From Octopus bimaculoides (taxonomy: Eukaryota), in contig NC_069000.1 in assembly GCF_001194135.2 (NCBI RefSeq), forward strand, positions 23,426,824 through 23,464,795: a stretch of 37,972 nt of DNA, in the 5' to 3' direction. The stretch's first letter is position 1. Each line of letters starts with the position of its first letter. A model generated the notes under the pieces. It did no database searches, was not told where the DNA came from, and was given only the letters and a program-made list of their open reading frames with translations. Below are positions 13,510 to 26,116 of this stretch, in pieces. The translations under genes were made by a program, and so were the position numbers.

Positions 13510-13909
13510 GCATGTGTGGGAAGAAGTTTGCTTCACAACAACATGGTTCTAGGTTCAGTCTCACTGTAGTGCCTTCTACTATATAGCCTCAAGCTGACCA
13601 AAGCCTAATGAGTAGATTTGATAGATGGAAACTGAAAGAAGCTCATTATGTATGAATATGTATGTGTGTGTGTCTGAGTGTAAGAATGAGTCATGTGTCT
13701 CCCTGTCTTGACATCAAATGGTAATTGTAAATGAGTGTCACTGTCAAACATACAATGCCATTTATTTACAATATTCTGTGAGAACATATTTGACCATGGG
13801 AAAATATTACCTTGCTTGGAAACAAAAAGGGCATCTAACTAAAAATCCTGCCTCAAATAAACTCTGACCAACCCATGCAAGCATGAAAAAGTGGAGGTTA
13901 AATGATGAC
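13510..13909 (+). mobile_element. Older CORE-type SINE copy with a different 3' tail
   Basis: Degenerate head GTGTGGGAAGAAGTTTG...GGTTCAGTCTCACTG and body ...GGAAACTGAAAGAAGC shared with 12869-13250. Confidence 0.65.
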
Positions 13910-14310
13910 TCTTGTGAGTGGACTTGGAAATGGAAAGTGAAAGCAGCCTGTCATATATTCATATATATATATATAATGCGAGAAAATTATGGGTTGAGGG
14001 TTCAACCCACTAAAGGATAGTATCTATCCAATATACTGCTAGGGCAAGAACTATTCGGATAGAATGGGGCATGCCAAAGCTAGGCCGAAACAGCTGTAAG
14101 ATTAAACTTCTGTTCATCCTCTAATTCCTTATGTACTTTGTACTTCTATCTGTAAACTCGGTTGGCAAAATAACATGGTTTGTCATAAACACCTGTACTT
14201 TGGGTTTTTTCTTTTTTTGTCACTTTAGCTATGAATTAAATTAATGAATTCAACGGGATACACTGTCTGCAAGTAGTTGGGTTCAGCATATTATCCTCCA
14301 TTTTCTAATT

Positions 14311-14778
14311 NNNNNNNNNNNNNNNNNNNNNNNNNNNNNNNNNNNNNNNNNNNNNNNNNNNNNNNNNNNNNNNNNNNNNNNNNNNNNNNNNNNNNNNNNN
14401 NNNNNNNNNNNNNNNNNNNNNNNNNNNNNNNNNNNNNNNNNNNNNNNNNNNNNNNNNNNNNNNNNNNNNNNNNNNNNNNNNNNNNNNNNNNNNNNNNNNN
14501 NNNNNNNNNNNNNNNNNNNNNNNNNNNNNNNNNNNNNNNNNNNNNNNNNNNNNNNNNNNNNNNNNNNNNNNNNNNNNNNNNNNNNNNNNNNNNNNNNNNN
14601 NNNNNNNNNNNNNNNNNNNNNNNNNNNNNNNNNNNNNNNNNNNNNNNNNNNNNNNNNNNNNNNNNNNNNNNNNNNNNNNNNNNNNNNNNNNNNNNNNNNN
14701 NNNNNNNNNNNNNNNNNNNNNNNNNNNNNNNNNNNNNNNNNNNNNNNNNNNNNNNNNNNNNNNNNNNNNNNNNNNNNN
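14311..14778. other. Assembly gap (468 N)
   Basis: N run. Confidence 1.

Positions 14779-14827
<49 letters not shown>
14779..14827. repeat. (TG)n microsatellite abutting a gap
   Basis: Uninterrupted TG run. Confidence 0.98.
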
Positions 14828-14833
<6 letters not shown>

Positions 14834-17028
14834 CTAGTTGATGTTTATCAGAGAATTAGCACAACTTTGGGCTAGTCTCACCAACAGGTTTCTAATAGGT
14901 AACAAAACGAAAAAATACAAAGGAAAAAATTACACCAACAAAAGACCCTTGGTTAATGCATATAAAACTGAAGAAAGGTTTCTATATAGTGATTTGTGCA
15001 TAGCACATGTTTAGTTAAGTCATTGAAAAAACAAATTAACAATGGTTTATAATAAGAAAATTAGATGTAAATGTTCAGGATATTCTTAAGAGCTTCGAGA
15101 AGTGAATCTTCACCAAGAACTCAATACTGTACCATTGAGATCACTACCCATGAACTTATACATGTATGTAGCATAATACATATGTAAGAATGTATTAAAT
15201 ATTAAACATGAAATCATAGGAACATAAAGATTAGATGTCTTATTCTACGACAACACAATGTCTCAACTGAACTGAGACTCACAAATGAGCAATCAGTAGC
15301 TTACCAACTACTCTTCATATAATTTCTTTCTTTTTTTACAGATGACAAACAGAATATAGGGGATTTCTTATACAAGCATGACATATCAGATCAGCCAAAT
15401 AGAAACTGGCAATGTCTTCTTTTTAAGACAAACAGTTTTAAACAGAAAACAAAACCAATTTATAGCACAAGTTTACTGAGAATTTACCTGCAGTAAACTG
15501 ACAAAGGAGGGAAAATAATAAGACTAAAAACAATGTATCAACAATTTTGTTGATTGAAATTGTTTAGTTATATGAATAGTAGGTTGACCACATTACATAT
15601 AAACATCCTAAGCAGAAAGCTCCTGGTGAGCCAATTCTGATCTATTGTATCCATTTCTAATTGGAGATCATTTCAATTCATTTGTCATAACACACAAACA
15701 AGTGTTTTACAATCTCATTTCCATTCCCTTATAAATCCAAAGCCTTTTTTTTTTTTAAGAAAGGCATTGTATTCTGATGGCTACTTCATTAAACAAAGTT
15801 AATTAAATGTAGTTATGATGTTTAATAAGTTAAAAAAAATTTTTTAACAATTCTAAAAGCAAAAATAAAATGATACAATCAAAAGAATTCAATAATGAAT
15901 TCAAAAGAAAGTTTAATATTAGAAAATATAAATATAAAAAAGACAAAAAAAAAAGCAACTTAAAAATTTGAAATAAATAGTGATTGTTCCTAGAAAATAT
16001 CAAAAGGCTGTTTCAGGCTTACTCAATTCTTATTCTAATAGAAAGAAAATACTGACCATTTTTTAGCCACTGCTGTTGGTCATTTTTAAGTAGAGGGTTT
16101 TATAACACACGAGCAGTTTTAAATCAATGAAATAGTAATTTCTAACATTGGTACTCATCAGAAATTTTGAGGAAATAGTCAACTGAACCAATGCCAGTAT
16201 ATTACCACTGGTACTTGTTTTTATTAACCACAGAAAGTGAAAGTTAAAATTCACCTTGGCAAGATTTGAAATCAATGTGTGCAAGGGACATAAAATGCTC
16301 CAAAGCATCTCGTTTCACTAATTAACCTCTTCTGAAAATCCCACTACCAATTTGAAATGTCTAACAAAATATTTTAAAGTCTATTTTGTTGTCATTTATG
16401 AAGCAAAACTATTACTCCATGTTAAGCTAATCATTGAAGGAATTCAACAAGCAAATTTTAATTTACATTAGTGAAGATAAATCATCTAGAAATATGAAAA
16501 GATTGACTTTGAACCATGACAAATTAACCCTTCAGCATTTAAATAGACCATATTTGGTCCAAATATTCCTCTTGTTTTATGTTGAAAGTGACTAGATCTT
16601 GCCTCTCAAACCAAACCTACAATGTCATTCTAAAAATATACAACCACATTATAGAGGTCTCAACTCTACAAGATTAATTCAAATGTAAATAAATAAGCAT
16701 TACATTTGACAGAGTAATCTGAATGTTAAAGATTGCGTAGCACTAAAGCAGTTGGCAGCTACTAAAACTTTGCATAAAACAAACTCAGAAATAAGGGGGA
16801 AATTATCTTACATACTATGTATCACTGGTTTCATCTTAGAAAACCAGAATAATATATAATTTTGAAAATTATATGAACTATTAGATAATGCTACCTACCA
16901 GCTAAGACATTAGAAGAGCTAAATCGAATCTTTGAGCTTAAGCCTTTTGACCCACTAAGCAAAGAAACTTAACATTCTATTTCTTATCTAACAAACCTTT
17001 CTTGCATTCCATTTCTGTTTGTCTTTAA

Positions 17029-17239
17029 CCCTTTAGCATTTAAATCAGCTATATCTGGCCAAAATTTTCTACCTGTTTTGTGTTAAAACTGACCAGATGT
17101 GGCCTCTCACATTAACCCTACAATATCAAAAAATTAACAGTTACCTCACCAAAATTGCAAAGGTATAAGATAATGCACAATCAATTCAAAACAAATAAAT
17201 AAGCATAACATTTGACAGAGTAATGTGAATGCTAAAGGG
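17029..17239 (+). mobile_element. Full-length piggyBac-like MITE (211 bp)
   Basis: TTAA|CCCTTTAGCATT ... AATGCTAAAGGG|TTAA: 12-bp perfect TIR and TTAA target duplication. Confidence 0.85.
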
Positions 17240-17714
17240 TTAAGAAAAAAACTAAGCATGATAATGAATTTCAAAATGAACGAATGTATTATGTCTGGTT
17301 TTCATAGTCCTATGAACTACACATTGAGGTATTAACGATGACAGATTTTAACTGGAAATAGTGAAGACAGAATGGTGTTGAGCAACTAAATAAAAATACT
17401 CCTTAAGAAGAGGCCTAAGGATTTATGTATGGGAGATAAGGTAAGGTTCTTCAGTTCAGTTGTTTTTAGGCTGAATTAGTAATAATCACTTATTTGTAAA
17501 TAGTGACTGACTTGTTAGAGGTTGATGATCTGAGTAATGTAGAATTGAAAGGAAACGGAATATTACAGGAAAAGAGAACCAGCATAGATTAAGGCCTCAA
17601 CACTGTACAACTTCAGAACACCTGCAACTCTTCATATCCATTACAGTCAAATTTAACCAGAGAATAAAAAAAAAAAAGAAAGACCTCACCACCCCAGTTC
17701 ACAAAAGTTACTGT

Positions 17715-18440
17715 AGCATAGATTTGACTAAAACTTTTGATATGGTTGATATCTGTATCTTGTTTGAAGATCCTCAAAATAACAAACTTTCAAAGAATAT
17801 TATAAGACAGCTAGAATTGTATTTGAATGCAACCAAGTTCTAATAGTAGATATCTAAGAGCAGACTTATGAGACTGGGACTTATCTAGGGAAACTGTACA
17901 TCTTCACTTTTGTCTCCAAAAACACCAACTTCTGACAGTAAACCATTAAATTCATGAGCTATAAATATAATTTTAGTTTTTGGTTCAAGCCCTGATCCAG
18001 ATTTGGCTGCCTATATGCTAAACAATACCTGTCTAAGCTAAATGGGTTTTTTGATGGTAGAGGACAACAACTCTCAGCAGCAACAAAATCAACTGACTTT
18101 ATTCACTCCTCAAACTGCCCAGTTGCCATCATCTCCAAGTTCAGGTTTCTGGCCATACACTATCTCTGGAGCAACAACTCAGAATACTATAAGTCATATT
18201 TGACTCAATGTTCATTTTCTCCGTACATTGTAGCTGTAGGAGAATATGTTGGATGTTAATATTTGGAAACAGGACAAATTAACAATTATAGCAATTTGGC
18301 AAACAATTCTCAAATAATCATGCAAGCCCAATATGGAATTTACTAAGACCAAACACAGCACTCAAAATACTGAACTTCAAGTGGCAGCTGAAGACCATCT
18401 ATTCCATCAAATAAAAATACTGAATGTACAACCACACTTA
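17715..18440 (+). mobile_element. Highly degenerate non-LTR retrotransposon reverse transcriptase remnant
   Basis: SIDLTKTFDMVDICIL...IIRQLELYL (DxxKAFDxV motif), later SAATKST, RIL*VIFDSMFIFSVH and EDHLFHQIKILNVQPHL, resembling LINE RT/thumb segments; many stops and frameshifts. Confidence 0.68.
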
Positions 18441-19987
18441 TAATCTTCTGGCTTCACAATACCTAATTTAATAGTGACACATCAGAAGTCACCCATATCA
18501 CCAGTTATGTTCAAATCCAGAGGACAAACTCTGGAAATTCAGTGGAAAATTCATGCAGTTTAGAAATTTGTCAACAATGGAAAGCCAAAAGCTAGCAATG
18601 AAAAGTCTGTATAATGGATGAATATCTGATTTGTGGTTGGTATGAATAATATGAGATAGTTATCCACCACCAGACCAGCTTATAATTATTAATAGAAAAG
18701 AATGTCTACCATAGAAAATAATGTGCATGCTGACACAAGTCTAATCTGAATTTTGGTCCTTACTAAACTGCTATCAAAGGTTTAACAGATTTGGAAATTG
18801 TCAAAATATGTCCTGATTACAATGGCACTACACATGATGTCCTGCTGTACAGATAATCATATTAATCTAAATATACTGGATTATAGAACCCCAGGAAAGT
18901 AGTATCACCTCAAATTGTAACAACTTCTTTTGAGGAAATATCAAAGGAAAAAGAAAACTGTGAAATTGTTAACTAAAACAGAAATTTCATTTTGGTTAGT
19001 TTGTTCAAATAGAAATAATTTATTGCCAAAGAATAAATTATTTAAAATTTGATATTAGTGTGATGTCCACCAGCAAAACAAGACAAGTTTTCTTGATACA
19101 TACAAACAATTATAAAGGTAAGTTAAATACAACTTAAGAGTCAAGTATGGACGTTGGTGATGAAATGTATAAATAAGAGAACAATTTCATTACTCATGGG
19201 CTGTCCTGTCTACTTCCAACCTTAGTCAACTTTCAGTTGTAGAAACTAAGCCAAGTAGAGATAAGTGTCTTGAAGAACAAACTGTAGCACTGGTGACAAA
19301 AACTGACAACCCTTTACTAAGAAACATTTGATCCATTAGATGAGGTTTCCAAAGGATGAGTTCAGTGTTTTAACAATTTCCTACACAATTTGTGCAGGAA
19401 CAAGTCATTAAAGAAATAGCCTTTATCTTTAAATTCTACACATTATGTCCAAACTACTTCATTGAAAGGATATTTAGATGAAAAATAAAAATTATCTTAA
19501 GAATGTGATGTCAGGAAGTGACAGTGAAAATGTACATGTTTGTAAACTATACATGTGTGCATAATAAATATTACTAATTATAATTTTCTTTTGTTTTTTT
19601 TTCTTTCTCCACCCCAAGGATATAGAAGAATGCTATAAGATGAGACTATCCAGAAAACTTGTCTTAGACCTCAAGTGGAGAGGTAGCAGGTTTTGCTACA
19701 ATGAAGTAACAAGTTAGTCAAATACAACACAAACATTAAAGAGAAAGTTAGAAGATCTTCAGTTTTGTTTTAATTTAAAAGGAGAGGGAAACAACAGAAA
19801 ACCATTATGAATCCAGTTTTATGGATTCTAAATAGTCAACCAGAAATTGTCTTTCAGGAATAGATAGATTAGATGTCTATATGTTCACACAATGACATGT
19901 ACACATAAACATTCACACTTATATACCAAACAATCACACAAACAAGCACACACATCCTTCAGTATGTAATGCTAAAGAAGACTATTG

Positions 19988-20079
19988 TTACAATTCTCCA
20001 TCATTCCTGTGTGGTGGTTTCTTTTCAGATTTTTTGTCAGTTTGTGAGTCAGCAGTGTCTTGGGAATCAGTAGTGGTTT
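19988..20079 (-). CDS. HYOU1: HYOU1 terminal coding exon, 92 nt including TAA
   Basis: tttcatttcag|AAACC...GAATTGTAA; (K)TTTDSQDTADSQTDKKSEKKPPHRNDGEL*; phase 1 matches the previous exon; ends in xxEL. Confidence 0.88.
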
Positions 20080-22335
20080 CTGAAATGAAAATAATGATTT
20101 ACACCTTTAGGTACAAGGCCACAAGTTTGGGGAAATCAATAAAATAAGTACCACTCAAGTAGTTGGGTTAGTTATATTGACCCCAATATTTGAGTGGTAT
20201 TATTTTATTGACCTTCAGAAAAATGAATAGAAAACTCAACTCTAGCAAGATTTTAACTGAGAATGTAAAGGAATATTCATAGGATCAGATCAAATCAGAT
20301 GAAGAGATCAATTTGAATCATAATTATATTCCATGACAAGGAAATTGTGAATGCATAAGAAGTTCACTAATTAAGTGGTTGAAACCACTTAATTAGTGCA
20401 TGAAGTCCCGTGAAAATTATTAGGAACTATATAAAAGCCCATTGGAAGAGCTGTGCCTGTTCATCGTGGTATTTTTAATCTGCTGTTCAGTTTAATACCA
20501 CCACCTAGCCTTTGGTGTGCCTTTCGCAGCATCCACTAAGTTGAAAGTAGTTGTGTCAGGTCTACTGTTTGAGCATCAATTTCTTCTGCCATTAGTTTCA
20601 GAAGCATAAAAAATATTATAGGGTACTCCGGTAACATCTATTTGACACATTTTCATTGATACTAAACTGACTGGACATTTGTTAAAACAGTTAAACGAAT
20701 TACAGCTTCAAGCTATGTGTATAAAAGCATTCCAGCAAGCATTGGGTAGAACACGACTGTAGACCAATAAATAAAAGAAACTAAAATAAGCTTTAATTCT
20801 GAACTAATCGTATCACTACTGCATAAATCTCTCTCAGAGATTTAAAATGTATTATTTCTAATCCAAAAGTTTTGTACAAATCAATGCTTACCTCCATCCT
20901 CTGTCCCATCATTTCCTTTATCACCTGAGAGCAGGATAGGCACATACTACCTCCCCTGGCCTTCTCAGTTCTCTTTCTTCCTCTACCTGCTGTCTTCACC
21001 AATCACCTCCTTTTCTCCCCATCAATGCCCTCACATATCAGCCACAACTCTCGTCACTAAGCCTCTCCTGTATTTTTCTCCATCATTTGTTACAGTTATC
21101 TCATCCTGCCCACTCACCCAGCCCAAGCCTCTACATTACCTCACCTAATCTCACCACTCCAAATGTCCTTCAAGGGCATGTCCTGAGACATTTTTGCCAT
21201 CATCTCTACCATTATCACTCCTTTCTTTTCCAACTGGGCTATCCACATTTCTACTCTACAGCAAAACACCTATATCTGTCCCCTCTACACCTTTAATTTC
21301 TTGTCTGGTACAAAGCCACACCCACTCAATATTACTCTCCCTCCCTGGTTGAGGAGATTTTGTCTTGCAAAGTACTTGGTGACCCTGTCAGTGCTGATGC
21401 CACGTAAAATGCAGAGGTGTTGGTGCGACTTAAAAAGCACTGGTGATGGTGCCATGTAAAAAGTACCCAGTATGCTCTGTGAGTATCCAGCTGTAGAAAC
21501 AATGTCAAAACAGACAATGGAATTTGTGGCTTCTGGCCTTGCCAGCTCCTGTCAAACTATTCAACCAATACCAGCATGGAGGACAGACGTTAAATGACGA
21601 TGATGAAAGATATATCTTCTCATGACATAATCACCATTAAGTTGCAGGCATGCATAGACTTGCAACAGCCATTGCATGCTCATTCACATGACTTACTCAA
21701 TATCAATGTCAACACCCAGAAAGAAGTTTAAATTTCAATATAGTACTGACACAGTTACAGATCAGTAGTGTGTGATTTTATTAAAAACATATTTTTAAAT
21801 ACAAAATATGTTAAGCATTGCCATTGAAAACTGTTGCTTCCTACTCTAGGGTTATCAAGACCAATTCAACAGCAGTACATCTAGTGCTTAGCTAAGAAGA
21901 AATGTTGGTCCAAAATAAAAAGAACATCCTTTTTCAGCATGCATATCAAATATGTAAGGCACCACACGAATATGGCTCTCCATTTTGTGTAAACATTATT
22001 GTTTCTTTGTGATGTATACAGAACCAAAATGCAAGTGATCACCTGTACTGCAACAGAATGAATTTGAGCCAGCACATGGACTTCTCCGTATGGTTGACTG
22101 AATTGCAAAAAGTAACTGCCAAATCCCCATCAAACCACACATTGCTATGTTAAATATGGAAGGATACAGTGGACAATGTAGTCCTGAGAAAAAAAGACCA
22201 AATAATCATGGCTGGAACGCTTTTGTATATCTTAAAATTTCCAACACATTTTCAAGAATACATTTACAATTCCTGTAGAACAAGCTATTTTATCTATGTA
22301 TCATTATCTTAATCACACAAAGTCGATATTTTGTT

Positions 22336-22389
<54 letters not shown>

Positions 22390-23694
22390 AAAAAGAAAGT
22401 AGAAACATTTATGAACTTACTTTCAGTGTCACTATCTGTTTTGACTTTCTCGCTATCTGCTTTTTCTGTGGAATTGGTACTATTAGTTGCATCAGGTTTC
22501 ACCTTGGGTTTTGGTCTATAACTTTTTGCCTTATAGACTAAATAGTTCACCTCTCTATCCAAGTCCCTAATTTTAAGAGCTATATCTTCAGTTAATAATT
22601 TAGGTTTCTCATGCAGTGGAGTTTTTTCTTGTTCTGCTAATATGTTTTTGCGCCAAGCCTGAAATGTAAAGTAAAACCATTTAAAGTGGATGCAGTGAGT
22701 GAGAAAAATCTTTATATAAAACTAAAGATAAGAACTTGGTTGCTGAAAGAGGGCAAATCTGGGAAGTTACCGTGGGGGCCTGTGCACATTGAAAATTAGA
22801 AAAAAATAATGAAGACTCATATACAAAAATACCAATTCTCCACTAGTTAATACTGGCAATAGCTCAACTTGCTAGAAACAGCAACTAAAACAATACCTAA
22901 GATTGTCTTAAATACACTATTTCTGAAAAATAGCATCATGGCCACAACTGACTGAACTGACCTGAGACTAAACAACAGGTACTAATTCACCACACTCAAA
23001 TGTTGACATGTTTCTGGCAACATGATTTCTACTTTATCATTGACACAGATATGACTTCTATTCTTGTTTCATCATCATCATCGTTTAATGTCCATTTTCC
23101 ATGCTGGCATGGGCTGGACGGTTTGACTGAAGTCTGGAGAGCCAGTGGCTGCACCAGACTCTAATCTGATCTAGCAATGTTACTACAGCTGGATGCCCTT
23201 CCTAACACCAACCACTCTGAAAGTGTAGCGGGTGCTTTTTACGTACCACTGGCACAGAAGCCAGTCCAAGGACACTGGCATCGACAACATTCAGATGATG
23301 CATTTTACATACCATTGGAACGAGAGCCAGTCAGGGGGCACTGGCCACAGCTACGATTTTGGTTTTACTTGACTCAACAGGTCTTCTCAAGCATATCATA
23401 TCACATCATCGAAATCTCAAAGCTATGAGATAATGTACAATTAATTGAAAATACTGTGAAGAAATAAGTATTACATTAGACAGAGTGATCTGAATGCTAA
23501 AAGATTAATCAACTGGTTCACATCACCAGAGAAACGGAGATCACTTGAGATGACAAAACAACAGAAATTATAAATGTGCAGTGAGAAGAATTTATGCTTT
23601 GTAAGTAAACCAAGTAACTGTAATTAATGACAACTACCAATGAGATATGCATATACAAACACATCTATATGAGAGTGAAAAAGGGAGAGGGAGG

Positions 23695-23765
<71 letters not shown>

Positions 23766-24836
23766 GGAGAGAAAGAGATGGATAATTTAAGGTGAAAAGA
23801 AAAAGATTTTTATTTTAATACTGTTTTATACCCACAAAAGATATGAATTTTGTAAATGTGTTCATTTGTGTATCCTTCAAGCAAGTAAGTGCAGCTAATT
23901 TAACAATTCTGAGGTGATACATCATCGTTTAACGTCCGCTTTCCATGCTAGCATGGGTTGGACGATTTGACTGAGGACTGGTGAAACCGGATGGCAACAC
24001 CAGGCTCCAATCTAAATTTGGCAGAGTTTCTACAGCTGGATGCCCTTCCTAACGCCAACCACTCAGAGAGTGTAGTGGGTGCTTTTACGTGTCACCTGCA
24101 CGAAGGCCAGTCAGGCGATACTGGCAACGGCCACGCTCGAAATGGTGTCTTTTATGTGCCACCCACACAAGCCAGTCCAGGGGCACTGGCAACGATCTAT
24201 ACATGTAAACCAAATATATTGTATAAATGCATATCAATTAAGAACACAACAAACTTTATCATAAAGTTTGAATTTATAAGTATAATTAATGATCCAGAAA
24301 TCTTGTCTTTATCAATTCACACACTACTACTACAGAAAATACTGAAGAAACTAAAATAACAAATGAAAAATAAATTCTTAAAATATTTTACTCACATAGG
24401 TCTCATTGATGAGTTTACCAAGAGTATTCACTTCTACCTGAGTGAATACAGGATCATCTCCTAAAGTATGATTATAAAGATTTTTATAAAAATATTCTGT
24501 ATGGTTTAGTAGAGACTTTAAAGTGTCTAGCATAACTGGTCGGTCTCTCATTTCTTTCACTCGAAACAAGAGATCCTTTGACGCTGCCTTTAATATATTC
24601 AAACGTTTTACATATTCCTTTAAAAAGAAAATAAAGAAAAATATATATACATATATTGTTAAAGTCAAACATTTGTAACATATTTCATATGTATTGTTTA
24701 TATAAGTTAAATGAATTAAGAAAGCCATACAATACAATTTATGTTACTCACTTTCCAAAATTGTTTATTCAAATGAAATTTAGGCACAACATGCTCCATT
24801 TTTAGCTTGAGAAATCATAACAGGAATTCTGATGTT

Positions 24837-24898
<62 letters not shown>

Positions 24899-26074
24899 TG
24901 TCTGTTTGTCCTGTGTATGACTGTAAACTACATCCGGTCATGGGACTATGGTTTGGGAGTTCCAGGGTTTTCAAGAGTGTGGAACCATTTCTTAGCCACT
25001 ATTGTTCCCAGGTCTATTCTGACCCAGAGTAGTAGCACTTGTTAGGTGCTACTAAAACAAATGTGTGTCTAAACTTAGTGTAAATATAATCATATGTTCA
25101 CCCTATGATTTTCATGTGACATAAGGATAATATAATAATTACTTGAATGTAGAGTATGAGAAATGGTGATGGTCAATCTTTGCCAATGACATTAGATGAA
25201 ATTAAACTAAGATGACATTAAATAAAATTAAACTAAGCTATATATTGTGCAATGTTTTCTAAAGGTTTTAAAGAGGTCTTATTCTAATATTGGATGCACT
25301 GGGTTTGATGAATCAGCATTTAATATGTATTTACATAAATTCTTAGAGCAGTAGCCTTGCATAAAATTAAACATTCAACTGAGGTAAGTCTTCAATTTAT
25401 TTTCTAATTAGGCTGATAGAAGTAAATTAGAATAAAGTTGTAAAACAAAATTTTTTTTTAAACCCAATCAAATCACTCAAGCACTGAGTGGAAGAGGAAT
25501 GTGCACTTATATTGTTTTGGTGGGTTGAGAATAATACAAGCCTCATATAAGAGTTACAACAATGTAATGACAATATATAAGAAATGACACTGCATTTTGG
25601 TTAGATTATAACAATGATTTATCAAGTTGATATGAAATGCAAAGTTGTGGTATGCATGCCTTTAATAAATTGGAATAATTGATCAAGAAAAAAGTGTAAC
25701 CAACATGGAATTAAAACCAGATATAAGAACTTGTTTCAAAACTGATCCTTGTTCAAAAGTAAAACTAACAACAAAATGTTTTTTTTTTTTAATTTTACCT
25801 CTGTTTTGGTGTTATCATCTTGCTCATAGAGCCAATCAGAACTCTCTGAACATTCTTTTCTAATAGCTTCCCTCTGTTCCTCAGTTGAACACTGAACGTA
25901 ATCATCTTGTGATAACTTATCTTGCATGTCAAATATGTAGGATTCTAATTCATTTTTGGAATGTTCAAGAGCTCTCTTCTCGTCATCTTTTTTCCTAAGT
26001 TCAGCTAAACTGGAAAGGAAAAAAAAATTCATTTGATATAAGAGAAAAGGGAAAATAAACTTTTTTAATGTCCA

Positions 26075-26116
<42 letters not shown>

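Noticed and set aside
13991-14105. GCCGAAACAGCTGTA with palindromic ACAGCTGT, like hammerhead helix III, plus small upstream hairpins
   Set aside because: No CTGANGA core and no helix I pairing were found upstream. At most a very decayed Penelope-type end.
1-19715. Possible plus-strand spliced gene: donor GTAAGT at 83, donor GTGAGT at 675, 32-nt AG/GT-bounded segment 4663-4694, acceptors before 15342 and 19619
   Set aside because: No phase-consistent join gives a recognisable protein, and such signals arise often by chance in AT-rich DNA. It would need stranded RNA-seq support.
19019-19774. Candidate HYOU1 poly(A) signals (AATAAA at 19024-19019, ATTAAA at 19774-19769 on the minus strand)
   Set aside because: Such hexamers are frequent in this AT-rich sequence and cannot be assigned without 3'-end data.
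20540-20595. Possible extra or alternative HYOU1 exon (AG|AAGAAATTGATGCTCAAACAGTAGAC...)
   Set aside because: Weak polypyrimidine tract, an in-frame TAG after 16 codons, no ER-retention motif, and the 22421 to 20079 join already works.
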